From the IMG/VR virus record IMGVR_UViG_3300021387_000036, positions 32,001 through 96,000 of that record: a stretch of 64,000 bases of DNA; one strand, 5' to 3'. Position numbers and translations under genes: made by a program. A model generated the notes under the pieces. The model had not been told where the DNA came from. It worked only from the letters and a program-made list of their open reading frames with translations, and did no database searches. This DNA comes from a virus. Taxonomy: Duplodnaviria; Caudoviricetes. Below, piece by piece: positions 9,942 through 20,650 of the stretch (its first letter is position 1; every line of letters begins with the position of its first letter).

Positions 9942-11735
9942 CTAAAAATAATATTTATTGCTATCTATAATATTATAATCTTCAATAAAAATTTGTGGAG
10001 TAATAATTCCATTCCACTCGTTTTTATGGCACTTACCTACAATATCTAGCTCTATATATCCTGTGTTATTGTCTTTTATTTTATTGCATAGTTCTTCATC
10101 AGCATTAAATTTCATTAAGCTAATTCCATTGTTTAAACTAATTTTAATTGTATTTGTAGTTTTCCTATATATATCAACCATATTTGTAGTAATTTTTAAA
10201 TTTTTAACTACTACAAATGGTTCATTTAATTCACTTCCCCAATAAGAACTCATTTCTGCAATATCTAAAATAATTTGACTATCTACATTTTGACCTTTAA
10301 AAATATAATCAACATAATAAATTGCTTCATCTGACATATTTGATAACTTGTCATTCATATAATCTATAAAACGTGGAAGGTCTCGTTCATAAATTTTTAA
10401 ACCAAAAGCATTAGGGTGCCCAATTGCATAATCAATACATCCAGAATCTAAACACATCTGTTTGAAGTCATCTATTCCAGCAAGCGAGCATCCACGGGCG
10501 CTTCCCGCATAAGAAGTTTCATATCTATATCCATCCATAGTCTGCCCGCTATATTCTTCACTCTTGGTTAATAAACAACATGGTCTTTGATATTTTGCCA
10601 TAAATTTATTAGCTATTAATCCACGTACTTCCGCAGGTATATCACTATTTTCATCCAATAATAAAATAAGAACTTTACATTTATCTAATAAATGCTCTGA
10701 TATTATTTGATCTTCTAGCTGTTCTATTGCAGCGTCTTGAACTCTTGTTTGCCTGTTTTTAACATTAGTACAAACTCTTACTGCTTGAGTAACTAATGTT
10801 TCAGTTTCACCTAATTTATGACCTCTTTTTGTTGAAGGAATCTCTTGAAAAGCATAATATTTAAGCATACTTTTAAACACTAATTCTTTTTCTTCTTGAG
10901 TTCCACTTCTTTGTATTGCATTTAATAATGGTACTATATAAAAAGCTGCTCCTATTGGAGTGATTTCTTCTCCTAATTTGAACGCATTTTTTTGAGCCAT
11001 TGAATAGATGAAAGGATTTTTAATTTGTTTTAATCCTTCAAAAATGAGACTCTTGGTTTCCAAAGAACGAATATCCATCATATCCCCAATGAGGCCTATA
11101 GCTACTAAATCTAAATATTGATAACTGTTTACTTTTTGCATTATATCATCAATATGTCTACAAAATTGCCAAACTACTCCCACTCCGCTTAAAGCCTTGT
11201 TTGAATAGTTACTATATCCATTTTGATTATTTATAATAATCGCATAAGGATTTTCTTTATCAAAATCGTGGTGGTCTAGGATTAATACATCAATCCCATT
11301 TTCTTGTAATTGTTTACATTCATCTGTGTCATTACTTCCCGCATCTGGACATAATACAAAATTATAATGATTATCTATAATATACTTATAACAATCATTA
11401 AGTCCATGTTGCTTTCCAGCATGAAAATAAAAATCAATAGATTCAGTCCAATTAGGGAATAAATCATATAAATAATTTAATAATAAAGCAGAAGAGGTAT
11501 TACCATCAACATCACAATCAATAATAATAATCGTTTTATCATTATTATTTATATGTTTTACAAGCATTTTTGTAGCTTCATCTATTTTTAATTTACCAAA
11601 ATCAATAGGGGAATTACAAAAACTTAAATTTGGATGTTGATAGAAAAACAATTCTTCTTTTTTTAATCCTCTATTAAGTAGCACCTGCTCAAAAGCAGAT
11701 TGCTCTTTTACAGGTGCTATTAATTGATACTTCAT
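9942..11735 (-). CDS. recJ: ssDNA-specific exonuclease RecJ (DHH family)
   Basis: DCDVDG, LDHH, LSGVGV, GSARG, GHPNAFG motifs. Confidence 0.93.
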   Translation of the reverse strand: MKYQLIAPVKEQSAFEQVLLNRGLKKEELFFYQHPNLSFCNSPIDFGKLKIDEATKMLVKHINNNDKTIIIIDCDVDGNTSSALLLNYLYDLFPNWTESIDFYFHAGKQHGLNDCYKYIIDNHYNFVLCPDAGSNDTDECKQLQENGIDVLILDHHDFDKENPYAIIINNQNGYSNYSNKALSGVGVVWQFCRHIDDIMQKVNSYQYLDLVAIGLIGDMMDIRSLETKSLIFEGLKQIKNPFIYSMAQKNAFKLGEEITPIGAAFYIVPLLNAIQRSGTQEEKELVFKSMLKYYAFQEIPSTKRGHKLGETETLVTQAVRVCTNVKNRQTRVQDAAIEQLEDQIISEHLLDKCKVLILLLDENSDIPAEVRGLIANKFMAKYQRPCCLLTKSEEYSGQTMDGYRYETSYAGSARGCSLAGIDDFKQMCLDSGCIDYAIGHPNAFGLKIYERDLPRFIDYMNDKLSNMSDEAIYYVDYIFKGQNVDSQIILDIAEMSSYWGSELNEPFVVVKNLKITTNMVDIYRKTTNTIKISLNNGISLMKFNADEELCNKIKDNNTGYIELDIVGKCHKNEWNGIITPQIFIEDYNIIDSNKYYF

Positions 11736-11747
11736 AAAATATCTCCT

Positions 11748-12161
11748 TTAAGAAAGCCATTTTTCAAATATACTATTAAAATATGCACTATCATTAAAGA
11801 GTCTTTTAATAATACACATAGCCAAGCCCTTTTCTCTATCGTAAGTATCTCCTGGCTGACATTTTACTACAGTTTTAGTACCATCTTTCCAAAGCACAAT
11901 CGTTGCTGGCTTATTATAAATAACATTTTTAATAGAGTTTTTAAAGTTGTCAATCTTTATTTTATTTTTTCTATTAATTTCTGCTTGAAGTTCCTTTTCT
12001 GCATCCTTTGCTTTTTCTTTAATAATATCTTTTAATAGATAATCAAGCATATCGTTATCATAAAAACCTTTATCAGAAGAAGATGTTGCTATAATAGGTC
12101 GTGTATAAATACTTCCATGTAAAGTATCAGTTATGTCATAAAAATTACTTTTAATTGTCAT
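11748..12161 (-). CDS. Conserved phage hypothetical protein
   Basis: C-terminal IKNVIYNKPATIVLWKDGTKTVVKC..D.YD.EKGLAM signature common in phages. Confidence 0.7.
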   Translation of the reverse strand: MTIKSNFYDITDTLHGSIYTRPIIATSSSDKGFYDNDMLDYLLKDIIKEKAKDAEKELQAEINRKNKIKIDNFKNSIKNVIYNKPATIVLWKDGTKTVVKCQPGDTYDREKGLAMCIIKRLFNDSAYFNSIFEKWLS

Positions 12162-12222
12162 TGTCTTTACCTCTCTTTTTTATTTTATTTTAATTATATT
12201 ATATTATATTTTTTTATAAAAG

Positions 12223-13332
12223 TCAATCTAATGTGAATCTATGGTTAAATAAATCTAAAAATATTTCTTTTCCATTATCAGTAGGACTTTGTTTATATCC
12301 TAATTTATTTTCTTTATCAAACATAAAACTAATTTTAATATATGGATTAAATTTATTATATATACTTGTTAATTTCTTAATCCACTTAGTCCATTCTTTA
12401 TCTCCAGGTTCCTGAAACTGTTTATCAAACCCTATAACAATTTCTTCAACTTCAAGAGATTGGAGCAATTTAAATTGTTGAGTAGTTAAATTGCTACCGC
12501 AACATGCGACCGATATATCATTTTCTATTCCAAAGAATGAAGCATAACTTAAACAAAATTTTTCTCCTTCTCCTAGAATAGCTATTTTTAAAGCTTTTAT
12601 ATTATCTTTGCTATTATTTAAATTATATAAATTAAATCCTAGCGGATGATTATACATTTTGCCATTTAAAATAGCTGGCATATACTTACCTTTATCTTCA
12701 TTTTCTTTAATTAAAGTTCTTTCTCTAATTCCTATTAATTGATTATCAATATTATAATGAGGAATTACAATACCATAAGAGTAAGGATCAAATTTAATAT
12801 TTCTAGCTTTCATAACATCTTCATTGATTCCCTCTTTTAACCAAGGAGTAATCTTCTTATAAGGGAGATTATCCATGACATGTGAATCAAAGATTTTCAA
12901 ACTTGATTTCTTTTTATCTTCAGATTTGACTTTATTTCTTTCGTATTTATCAAAAATCATAAAATCTGAAGAAGTTTGAGAAGTGTTTGAAAAAACGTTA
13001 ACTACATCAAGAGAGAAAAAATTTATTATATATAATTCTGCGTCATATAGACTCCAGTCAATGCCTGATTGAATTTTCATTATCTTTCTAGTTAAATCAA
13101 AAATGTCAAAACCCGTTGTTTCAGAACACTCTGTATAACATTTAAACAATCTTGTATTTTCATAATAATATAACTTATGAGACGCATCTGAATTTGCGGG
13201 ATTGTGGCAAATGGTGCGGGAAACCAGACATCCGATTCTTTTAATGGGGTCGCCGCCATGTTCTGCTAAAAACTGTTCTATTTGTTCTATTGTTAAAGCT
13301 TCTTTAATTGAATCTTTATCAAAATTAATCAT
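12223..13332 (-). CDS. DNA primase (DnaG-like; Zn finger plus TOPRIM)
   Basis: CHN...CYTEC Zn-binding region, IVIPHY..GIRER, EGEK and IGFD TOPRIM motifs; adjacent to helicase. Confidence 0.82.
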   Translation of the reverse strand: MINFDKDSIKEALTIEQIEQFLAEHGGDPIKRIGCLVSRTICHNPANSDASHKLYYYENTRLFKCYTECSETTGFDIFDLTRKIMKIQSGIDWSLYDAELYIINFFSLDVVNVFSNTSQTSSDFMIFDKYERNKVKSEDKKKSSLKIFDSHVMDNLPYKKITPWLKEGINEDVMKARNIKFDPYSYGIVIPHYNIDNQLIGIRERTLIKENEDKGKYMPAILNGKMYNHPLGFNLYNLNNSKDNIKALKIAILGEGEKFCLSYASFFGIENDISVACCGSNLTTQQFKLLQSLEVEEIVIGFDKQFQEPGDKEWTKWIKKLTSIYNKFNPYIKISFMFDKENKLGYKQSPTDNGKEIFLDLFNHRFTLD

Positions 13333-13565
13333 CTTATATTATCCCAATTATTTTCTATTATAATAAATGAATAATCTCCATCTTCATCTTTTGAGTTCAT
13401 TTCATTAATATCATAAAAGCCTGGTTTAATTGGATATAATCTATCTTTAACCTTGACACATCTTTCAACTGTACCTTCATCTTCATTCCAATCTTGTCCA
13501 GTTAAAATAATTCTTACAATAACACCATCTGATAAATCTTTAAATTGTTCAGCTGTTAGATTCAT
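13329..13565 (-). CDS. Hypothetical protein
   Basis: Translationally coupled ORF between helicase and primase. Confidence 0.65.
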   Translation of the reverse strand: MNLTAEQFKDLSDGVIVRIILTGQDWNEDEGTVERCVKVKDRLYPIKPGFYDINEMNSKDEDGDYSFIIIENNWDNIR

Positions 13566-15106
13566 TAAAATGCACTCTCCCATTCTACTGTTTTAGGTTT
13601 TATATTAATTACTAAATCTTCTATTTCAATAGGTTCATAAAGATATGTTGTTGCAAATATTGGATTAACTCTACATGTTCCCAAATCTGTATTACACCAA
13701 AGGAACATATGATTATATCTACCCCTTCTGTTTTTATAAATAGATAGTTTTAATCCAGGCATTTCAAAACCATTTTTATCACAAAATACCTTTAAGCTCT
13801 CTCTATCTTGGTCTGTAACAGGAAGCATCAACATACCTGCATCAGCCTTATCAGCGATAGCTTTTGCACCTCTTAAAGCATTTTGGTCATAGACTCCATT
13901 CTGATATTCTGAGTTCAACTGAGTTGAAGTTAGTATAAAAACTTTATACTGCTTTGCTAAATCTTTTAATCTTACACTTATCATAAAAAGGACATTATCT
14001 TCTCTTAATCCTTTAACATTAGCTTTGCTACTAATTTCGCTTAATATTTTAATACTTGAATGAATATAATCAAAACAAATATATCTAATATTATATTTTC
14101 TGATACCTAATCTAATTGTAGATTCAATATCTTGTAAACTAAAATCAGGAAGTTCTTTTATAAAGAGCGGACTCCGCTTAATAATTTCTTTAGCCTTAAT
14201 TATCCTATCTATTTCTCCAGCTTCATATTTATTTTCTAGTACATGGTCTTCTTGAACGCCTGCTACAAAAGCCCACATCATTGTTTGAATTTCATCTCTT
14301 GATTGTTCTGTCGCTATATAAATAGTTGGTTCTGCAGTTCCATTTCGTTCCCATTTCTGGGTTAAAGGATTATATAGTTCGTCACAAGCAAAATTACAAG
14401 CATCTGCAATCATCATACGAGATTTACCGAAGTTAGTTGGAGCAGACCTTAGAAATACACATCCAAATCTTGCGCCTCTAAATATTTTATTGATATATTT
14501 ACCATACATAGGATATCCTACATTTGGAGTAGTTTGTAACTCGTCAAAAAGTTCGTCTTGTCCTTCTGCGGCAGCGCATATATCATCTGTTGCATTTTCT
14601 GCAAATCTTGATTTTATATCTTCAATAACATCATTAATTTCATTAGCAATTTCTTCAAGAGAATGATTATCTAACCAATCTTCTTGTTGCTGTTTCTTTT
14701 TTATATCTAAAACATTATTAACATCATAAATCCTAGAAACATTAACTCCTATAGATTCATACATTCTTAATAATGTAAATTTTTTCATTCTATTATAATA
14801 ATAATCAAAAGTAGCTAAACTAATATTTTCAGTACATTTATTTAACCACTCCGCGCCATTGTATGCTTTATAAATTGCATACTTTTTTTCACGTTGTTCA
14901 AGATAATCTTCTACTGTATTAACATTTATATTTTTTGCTCCTAAAGCATGAAGATTATAAATTGTTCCAAATATAGTTCTATGAAATTCTTGTGGAAAAT
15001 CTTCTTCATTAAATTTATACTGACTATCATCTAACAAATTTGGATTCTGATAAATACTTCCTATTACTTGTATAATTGCTTTTGAGTCAATATAGTTACT
15101 ATTCAT
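13565..15106 (-). CDS. dnaB: Replicative DNA helicase, DnaB-like
   Basis: N-terminal DF..EFHR.IF domain, Walker A APTNFGKS, FDYI, STQLN, KNRRG. Confidence 0.88.
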   Translation of the reverse strand: MNSNYIDSKAIIQVIGSIYQNPNLLDDSQYKFNEEDFPQEFHRTIFGTIYNLHALGAKNINVNTVEDYLEQREKKYAIYKAYNGAEWLNKCTENISLATFDYYYNRMKKFTLLRMYESIGVNVSRIYDVNNVLDIKKKQQQEDWLDNHSLEEIANEINDVIEDIKSRFAENATDDICAAAEGQDELFDELQTTPNVGYPMYGKYINKIFRGARFGCVFLRSAPTNFGKSRMMIADACNFACDELYNPLTQKWERNGTAEPTIYIATEQSRDEIQTMMWAFVAGVQEDHVLENKYEAGEIDRIIKAKEIIKRSPLFIKELPDFSLQDIESTIRLGIRKYNIRYICFDYIHSSIKILSEISSKANVKGLREDNVLFMISVRLKDLAKQYKVFILTSTQLNSEYQNGVYDQNALRGAKAIADKADAGMLMLPVTDQDRESLKVFCDKNGFEMPGLKLSIYKNRRGRYNHMFLWCNTDLGTCRVNPIFATTYLYEPIEIEDLVINIKPKTVEWESAF

Positions 15107-15108
15107 CT

Positions 15109-15624
15109 TTAATCCTCCATGTTAAATAGTTTGGGCGGTAGCTCTTTTTGTTTAGGAGCATCAATTTCAATAATTCGCTGTTTATTGCTATTATAATTGC
15201 CCGTTCCCGCAACTTGATTTGCGAGATATATATTATAATAATAATTATATGCTTGAGTATAGCAAAATGGCACAATTCCTAAAGAACCTTCTTTAAGCTT
15301 ATCTTTTGAATTTCCTTTAACTTCATAAAAATATAATAAACTTTTTAAAATACCACTATAACTATATTGATAATCTCTTACCCAAGCTTCAACTATTTTC
15401 TTAAATTGTATAAAATTAAAATTTTGACCTTGTTCTTTTTTTACATATCTATACAATTCATCAAAGTCTTTTTCTTCTTGAGTTAATTCAGCTTCTTTCT
15501 TTTCTTTGCAAGCAATGTGTGCATATCTGTTTGTTCTTGGTTTAAACCAAACGATATCCATTTCTTCAGGCTTAGCATCAAATTGTTGCTTACAATATAA
15601 ACATTTTACTATATGTGAAGCCAT
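15109..15624 (-). CDS. Zn-finger-containing replication-module protein
   Basis: CLYC...HIAC motif; lies immediately upstream of dnaB. Confidence 0.6.
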   Translation of the reverse strand: MASHIVKCLYCKQQFDAKPEEMDIVWFKPRTNRYAHIACKEKKEAELTQEEKDFDELYRYVKKEQGQNFNFIQFKKIVEAWVRDYQYSYSGILKSLLYFYEVKGNSKDKLKEGSLGIVPFCYTQAYNYYYNIYLANQVAGTGNYNSNKQRIIEIDAPKQKELPPKLFNMED

Positions 15625-15723
15625 TCTTTAACCATCCTTTTTTCTTATATATAAATTATATCATATTTTTTAAGAAAAATAAAGAAAAGAGCAATAAATC
15701 TTGCTCTTTTCTTTGTTATTAAT

Positions 15724-16583
15724 TTAGAGAGTTTTTAAATCATCAACAATGAGAGCTAACTGTTCAACCTGATCTCTATTCATATCTCCAACCTTTTTAC
15801 CTTTACCGATATACTTTTCAGTAATTTGCACAATACGAGGAGCATAATAATCAGCCATTGTTTTTTCTTCTGTTGATTTTTCATCTATAGCCTTAATAAG
15901 ATTAGTAAATTCTTCCATAAGTGCATCAAAATCAAGACTAGAGCTTGTATCTCTATAAGCATTTTCTCTTTCATCTGTGAAAAACTCTACACCATCTTCT
16001 TCAGCTTGCTTATCTATTGCTTCTGCGATAGCGTCTACAAGGTTTTTATATGTAAATTCTATATAATCAGGAGTATATTTAAAGCGGGAACCAGCTTCAT
16101 AGCGCTGTGTACCTCGCATAAAGAGGATCGTTTTATTAGACCCATCATCTCCTGTTACCGCCCGTGAATAACCAATTATATCAGCCATTCGCGCAACAAT
16201 ATTATTTGCTCTCTTATCTAAGGTCGGTACAATTTTATTATATTCATTTCCACTTTCATCTTTAAAAGTCTTATCAGTTGCATGTGAAATAAGTACAATA
16301 CCATATCCCATTTGAACTATTGAACGAAGTTTTTCATCAAACTCTGTACCTACAAGACCGTAGCCTTTGCCATAAGGAATATCTGCAACTGTATCTACAC
16401 TATTGTTAGAACAAATATATTTTTCACAATAGTTATAAGCTATATCTGCGGTGTCTATGATAACCGTTTCATACATCTCTTTAACTCGTTCATCTTTCAA
16501 CTGACGAATAACTTTAAGAAATTCTGCCCAACTATTAATAGGCTGTGCTTTGACACCTGCTAAAGCGTTGTAACCTTTTTCGA
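15724..16583 (-). CDS. Sak4-like/AAA_24 ATPase (recombinase), exon 2
   Basis: Splicing gives ...LLA-F-EKGYNAL...; Walker B TVIIDT, VLISH and EAGSR; spliced product is 333 aa. Confidence 0.85.
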
Positions 16584-17688
16584 CATTTATAATGTTTATA
16601 AACTGACTATATCACGAACATTTTTATAAAATGTTCCGCCACCACTTCGGAATAAGGATTTACACCTTAAACCTACTTCTCAAAGAGAATAGTCGATTGA
16701 CTTTCTATCTTTATAAAGATAGCTTAGCACAGGATTCTTCTAATATCCAAAGTTTAACAATATTAGACATTCCCCGTTAGCAAATAAGTAAATACTTATT
16801 CACACCCTATATTTATAGGTTCAATGGCGATGCGCCCATTCTAAGCAGTCTAAATATTTCTGATATTTTCTATCTAAACGATTGTTTTCTTTTGAATTAT
16901 AATATAAATAATTTAATATCCTTTCAACTTGTTTTCTACCGGCTATTTGCAAGACAAATGCTTTGTCTGCAATATTAGCTTGTAAGCTTACATTAGTTTG
17001 AAGTTCTTTTTGAATATCAGTTAAAAATTCTTTTGTACCAATAAAAGAAATTCTATAATTATTAGTGCCTTGTAAATAATGCAAACTTCCATCTCCATCA
17101 AAATATCCTCTTATGAAATGAGATATATAATCTCTTGGAATATTTGGAATTTTTTCTATTTTTAAACTTTTTTGAGGAACACATCCCCATTTAATTAAAT
17201 CTTGATGAAGCTGTTTATCTTTAATTGAAAATTGATATAGAGTCTTTGCATTTTCAAATCTTTTATCATAAGTTTCGGTTATTTTATGATTAAATGCTCC
17301 AATAGCCGTTTTAAATTTTTCAACTTGTTCTTTATCCGTAATATTCATTGAAATTTCATTATTATTTGTATGAACACAACCATCTGCATATAAAAAACCT
17401 AACCAATACGCTTTTTCCTCTGTATCAATTTTATTGAAATAAAATTCATTTCTTGGGAATCCTTGTTTATTTCCTCTTGATTGAATATTATGCTTATTTA
17501 ATAAATTTCTAATTGTTCCATAAGCACAATTAAACTCTTTTCCAAGTTGCTTTAAGGTATATTGTTCGTTTAGATATTTGTCTATAATGTAGGCTACTTG
17601 TTCATCAGTCCAAGCAATTACTCCGCCTTTTCCACGAGTAATAGTGTATAAATCAGACATACTTATTCTCCTTATTTTTATTTTCTTG
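16584..17688 (-). mobile_element. Group I intron (1105 nt) carrying a homing endonuclease
   Basis: 5' exon ends in U and intron ends in G. Core elements P (AACGGGGAA), Q (AATCCTGTGCTAAG), R (TCAATCGACTA) and S (GATATAGTCAG) lie at 16600-16785. Removal restores the frame (T+TC = Phe). Confidence 0.92.
16821..17660 (-). CDS. Intron-encoded LAGLIDADG homing endonuclease with N-terminal HTH
   Basis: Two motifs YWLGFLYADG and HFIRGYFDGDG; own AAGGAG RBS inside the intron. Confidence 0.92.
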   Translation of the reverse strand: MSDLYTITRGKGGVIAWTDEQVAYIIDKYLNEQYTLKQLGKEFNCAYGTIRNLLNKHNIQSRGNKQGFPRNEFYFNKIDTEEKAYWLGFLYADGCVHTNNNEISMNITDKEQVEKFKTAIGAFNHKITETYDKRFENAKTLYQFSIKDKQLHQDLIKWGCVPQKSLKIEKIPNIPRDYISHFIRGYFDGDGSLHYLQGTNNYRISFIGTKEFLTDIQKELQTNVSLQANIADKAFVLQIAGRKQVERILNYLYYNSKENNRLDRKYQKYLDCLEWAHRH

Positions 17689-17830
17689 ACGCTAATAGAA
17701 GACTTCTGGGAAACTTACTCGCGATAGTAGTTTTTCCAGATTTGGGCTCTCCGAAGAAGAATACTGAATACCCTCGCATATCACGACTAACCTTATGAGG
17801 CTCCAAACTTAATAAATCAATATCTGACAT
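17689..17830 (-). CDS. Sak4-like/AAA_24 ATPase, exon 1 (absent from the ORF track)
   Basis: AGGAGG RBS then MSDIDLLSLEPHKVSRDMRGYSVFFFGEPKSGKTTIASKFPRSLLLA, containing Walker A. Confidence 0.88.
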
Positions 17831-17870
17831 TTTTCTATTCCTCCTGTTTAAGAATTAGATAGGTTCAAGT

Positions 17871-18812
17871 TTAAAACTTGAACCCACCCTGAGGTACTGT
17901 GGACTGAGCTGCTGGAGTTGCATTTCCGCCACTCTTATTATTTGCACGCCACTCTTCTGACCTTTTCTTATTTTCTGCAAGTGCTACTTCTCTATCCTGA
18001 AGAGCTTTCTTGAGTTCCTGAGCTGTTATAGTTTCATCTGTATCAAACTCATAAGGAGTTGGATTTGCACCTGTTATAACATATTCTCTAGTTCTACGTG
18101 TAACTGTATCTACTGTAGCCTCACCAAATGCAGACTCTGTTGTTTTTTCAACTTTTGTAAATACATTTACAATCTTTCCCCAAACCTTTGTATAAACTGG
18201 ATTATCATTACTAGCATCAAGTCCAAGGAAATATTTTCCTGCATCCGCATTTCTAGCAGTAAGAGTTATTGGAAGAAGTTCGTTTCTAAAGTTAAAAGTC
18301 ATACCTTTTACAGCTACATAACTATCTCCTTCTTCAGGAACAACTTCTGAAACATTATTAATGATAATATCAAGTTCAAACTTATTCCTTCCTATATCTC
18401 CTTCTGGATGAAGTGTGTTTTCAGCTACGATTGTAACAAAACCACCTTCGTTTCTTGGCTGTGTTACCACTGTATCCTGTCCCTCTGGGAAGAATTCATT
18501 TACTCCATATGAAGGATTAAGTCTAACTACTGTTGCAGCATCATAGCCATCTGTCATGACTGTCTTTCCAGATGTTATAATCTGCTTTAATGTATTATAA
18601 GTATTATTAGTCTTACCTGAATTATATACTGGTGGAACCCATGTATAATGAACCTGAACGATATTCTCCTGAGTTGAATCTACTGCAACATCAATTGTAC
18701 CTGCAATATATGGAGAACCAGGATTCTTTGAATTTTCACCAGATATCTTTTCACTTAAATCAAACTGATAAATCTTACCTTCAATATTCATTCTATTCTC
18801 ATTCTTACGCAT
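17871..18812 (-). CDS. Probable phage single-stranded DNA-binding protein
   Basis: Beta-rich OB-like pattern, flexible tail ending GGFKF, next to the Sak4-like recombinase. Confidence 0.6.
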   Translation of the reverse strand: MRKNENRMNIEGKIYQFDLSEKISGENSKNPGSPYIAGTIDVAVDSTQENIVQVHYTWVPPVYNSGKTNNTYNTLKQIITSGKTVMTDGYDAATVVRLNPSYGVNEFFPEGQDTVVTQPRNEGGFVTIVAENTLHPEGDIGRNKFELDIIINNVSEVVPEEGDSYVAVKGMTFNFRNELLPITLTARNADAGKYFLGLDASNDNPVYTKVWGKIVNVFTKVEKTTESAFGEATVDTVTRRTREYVITGANPTPYEFDTDETITAQELKKALQDREVALAENKKRSEEWRANNKSGGNATPAAQSTVPQGGFKF

Positions 18813-18862
18813 ATCTTTTTTCTCCTTTTTATTTTTCATATATTTATATTATATCAAAAATT

Positions 18863-19252
18863 TTAATCATTGTCAAATTCTGCTTCTATAGGCTGAAAAT
18901 TTATACCTTTTTCTGTTATTTTATATGATGCGGGATTGCCTGCCTTTTTCTCCACAAAGCCATCTTCAACGAGCTTTTTCATTGAACCTGATACAGAACG
19001 ACCTGACGTATCAATTCGTTCACCGAGTCCTTTCGCAGTAATCCAGTCATTAACTTCTTTTAAAGCATTAAGTATAACTTTTCCTTTTTCTGTAATTTCT
19101 TTCTTATTGGAACTAGCACCTTTCTTATAGTCTTCAAAGAATTCGATTGCTTCCATTGGAATAAATATACCCAAATGGAAATCAATATTATCTTTGTCAT
19201 TAAATAAAGCTTCTACTGTTTTAATAAAAATATCTTTTCTTTCATCTGTCAT
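18863..19252 (-). CDS. Winged-helix DNA-binding protein
   Basis: ITAKGLGE..SGRSVSGSMKKLVEDGFVEK..YKITEKG (MarR-like wHTH). Confidence 0.7.
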   Translation of the reverse strand: MTDERKDIFIKTVEALFNDKDNIDFHLGIFIPMEAIEFFEDYKKGASSNKKEITEKGKVILNALKEVNDWITAKGLGERIDTSGRSVSGSMKKLVEDGFVEKKAGNPASYKITEKGINFQPIEAEFDND

Positions 19253-19335
19253 AGTTATTTTCCTCTTTTTTTATTATTTTCATTATTTTATATAATAATT
19301 ATAACAAAATTTTTATTAAAAAGCAATATTTATTA

Positions 19336-19989
19336 CTAATAGTCTAAAAATATCAATTCTTTTGCAAATGGAAGAGTTTTTGCCCAATTTATAAATTGGT
19401 TCCACTCCGTGAGTCTATGACCCTTGCGCTGCCGCACAATAGAATAAAGATTTTCATAATTCATAGTTACTGTACGAGTCTGTAACCATGACTCAGGTAA
19501 CCATCTTATAAGTTCTTTCCAATATCTTTTATCTTTTGTTTCAAGATATTTTTTTCTACATATTTCTAAATCTTCAATTAGACAAGCTGCTGCACCTACA
19601 AGAGGAATAGAGTCATCTAGATCATCTATTTCAAAACAGTCAATAGTTATTGGGGTTGTGGCAAGTTTGTGCATTGTGCTTGTACTATTAGCGGTTGTAC
19701 CTATTTTGTAAGTATCGAATTCTTTCCACCAATATAAAGGCGCTGTAATATCAACAGATACTATAATTTGGCGCATAAACTTACGATGCTCTGGACCAGC
19801 TTTAATAAGTTTCTGGAGTAAAGCTAGATCATTTTTTCCAATAATAATTTCTTCTGGAGGTAATTCATAAACACCATATTTTGTTTTTTCAGTAAAAATA
19901 CTATCACTTCTATCCCAGCTATTCATAGGGTTACGAGCACCACGAATAGCATGCTTAAAACCCCATGTCTCTGTTTCTGTAAATTTCAT
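19336..19989 (-). CDS. ThyX-fold (flavin-dependent thymidylate synthase-like) protein
   Basis: EHRKFMR, APLYWWKEFDTY, LPESWLQTRTVTMNY..L...RKGHRLTEW; lacks the canonical RHRxxS motif. Confidence 0.65.
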   Translation of the reverse strand: MKFTETETWGFKHAIRGARNPMNSWDRSDSIFTEKTKYGVYELPPEEIIIGKNDLALLQKLIKAGPEHRKFMRQIIVSVDITAPLYWWKEFDTYKIGTTANSTSTMHKLATTPITIDCFEIDDLDDSIPLVGAAACLIEDLEICRKKYLETKDKRYWKELIRWLPESWLQTRTVTMNYENLYSIVRQRKGHRLTEWNQFINWAKTLPFAKELIFLDY

Positions 19990-19990
19990 A

Positions 19991-20650
19991 TTATATAAAC
20001 TCCTCTAATATCTCGTCTGCAAAACCTAATTCAATAGCTTCTTCTGCAAAGAACCAAAAATCATCATTTTTCTTTTCTTTATACATTTCTTCTGTCATAT
20101 CAGTACATTCAAGAATATATTTCTTCATTCTTAATATAAGCTGGTCATAAAACTGTGAATAGTTCCTAAATTTACCAGCATCTACGAATCCATCTGTGGA
20201 AGTTGCGCCTTCATGGAACATAAAGCTCGCAGACGGATAACAAAATCTTCGATGACCTGTAATAAAAACGAGAAGTCCGCCACTATACGCACTGCCCATA
20301 TTAACTGTATAAACAGGAGTTTTTGACATTTTAATAGCATCTGCAATACTTAATGCGCCTACTAATGAACCACCTGGAGAATCTATTAAAAGTTTAATAG
20401 GTTTTCTTTCTTCTATTGGAATATCTTTATCTGCGAAATTCCAAAATCTTATTAAATGACATACTGCTTCACTTGACATATCATTAATTTCACCTAATAT
20501 TAAAACTCTATCAATAGCATCTTTGACTGCGGAAACCGCTTCTAAATCTATTAATTCTTTTGTGTTATTAAGCATTTCTATTAGAAGGTCATTTACTGTA
20601 ACATCTGCGATTGTTTTTCCTTCCATAAATTTCTTTTCATTCTCTGTCAT
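19991..20650 (-). CDS. clpP: ClpP-family serine protease subunit
   Basis: IDSPGG, catalytic Ser in AYSGG, His in FMFHE, Asp in DDFWF.AEEAIELG. Confidence 0.85.
   Translation of the reverse strand: MTENEKKFMEGKTIADVTVNDLLIEMLNNTKELIDLEAVSAVKDAIDRVLILGEINDMSSEAVCHLIRFWNFADKDIPIEERKPIKLLIDSPGGSLVGALSIADAIKMSKTPVYTVNMGSAYSGGLLVFITGHRRFCYPSASFMFHEGATSTDGFVDAGKFRNYSQFYDQLILRMKKYILECTDMTEEMYKEKKNDDFWFFAEEAIELGFADEILEEFI

Noticed and set aside
15724-16500. Stand-alone 258-aa ORF starting at TTG 16500
   Set aside because: It lacks Walker A and an RBS; it is exon 2 of the intron-split ATPase.
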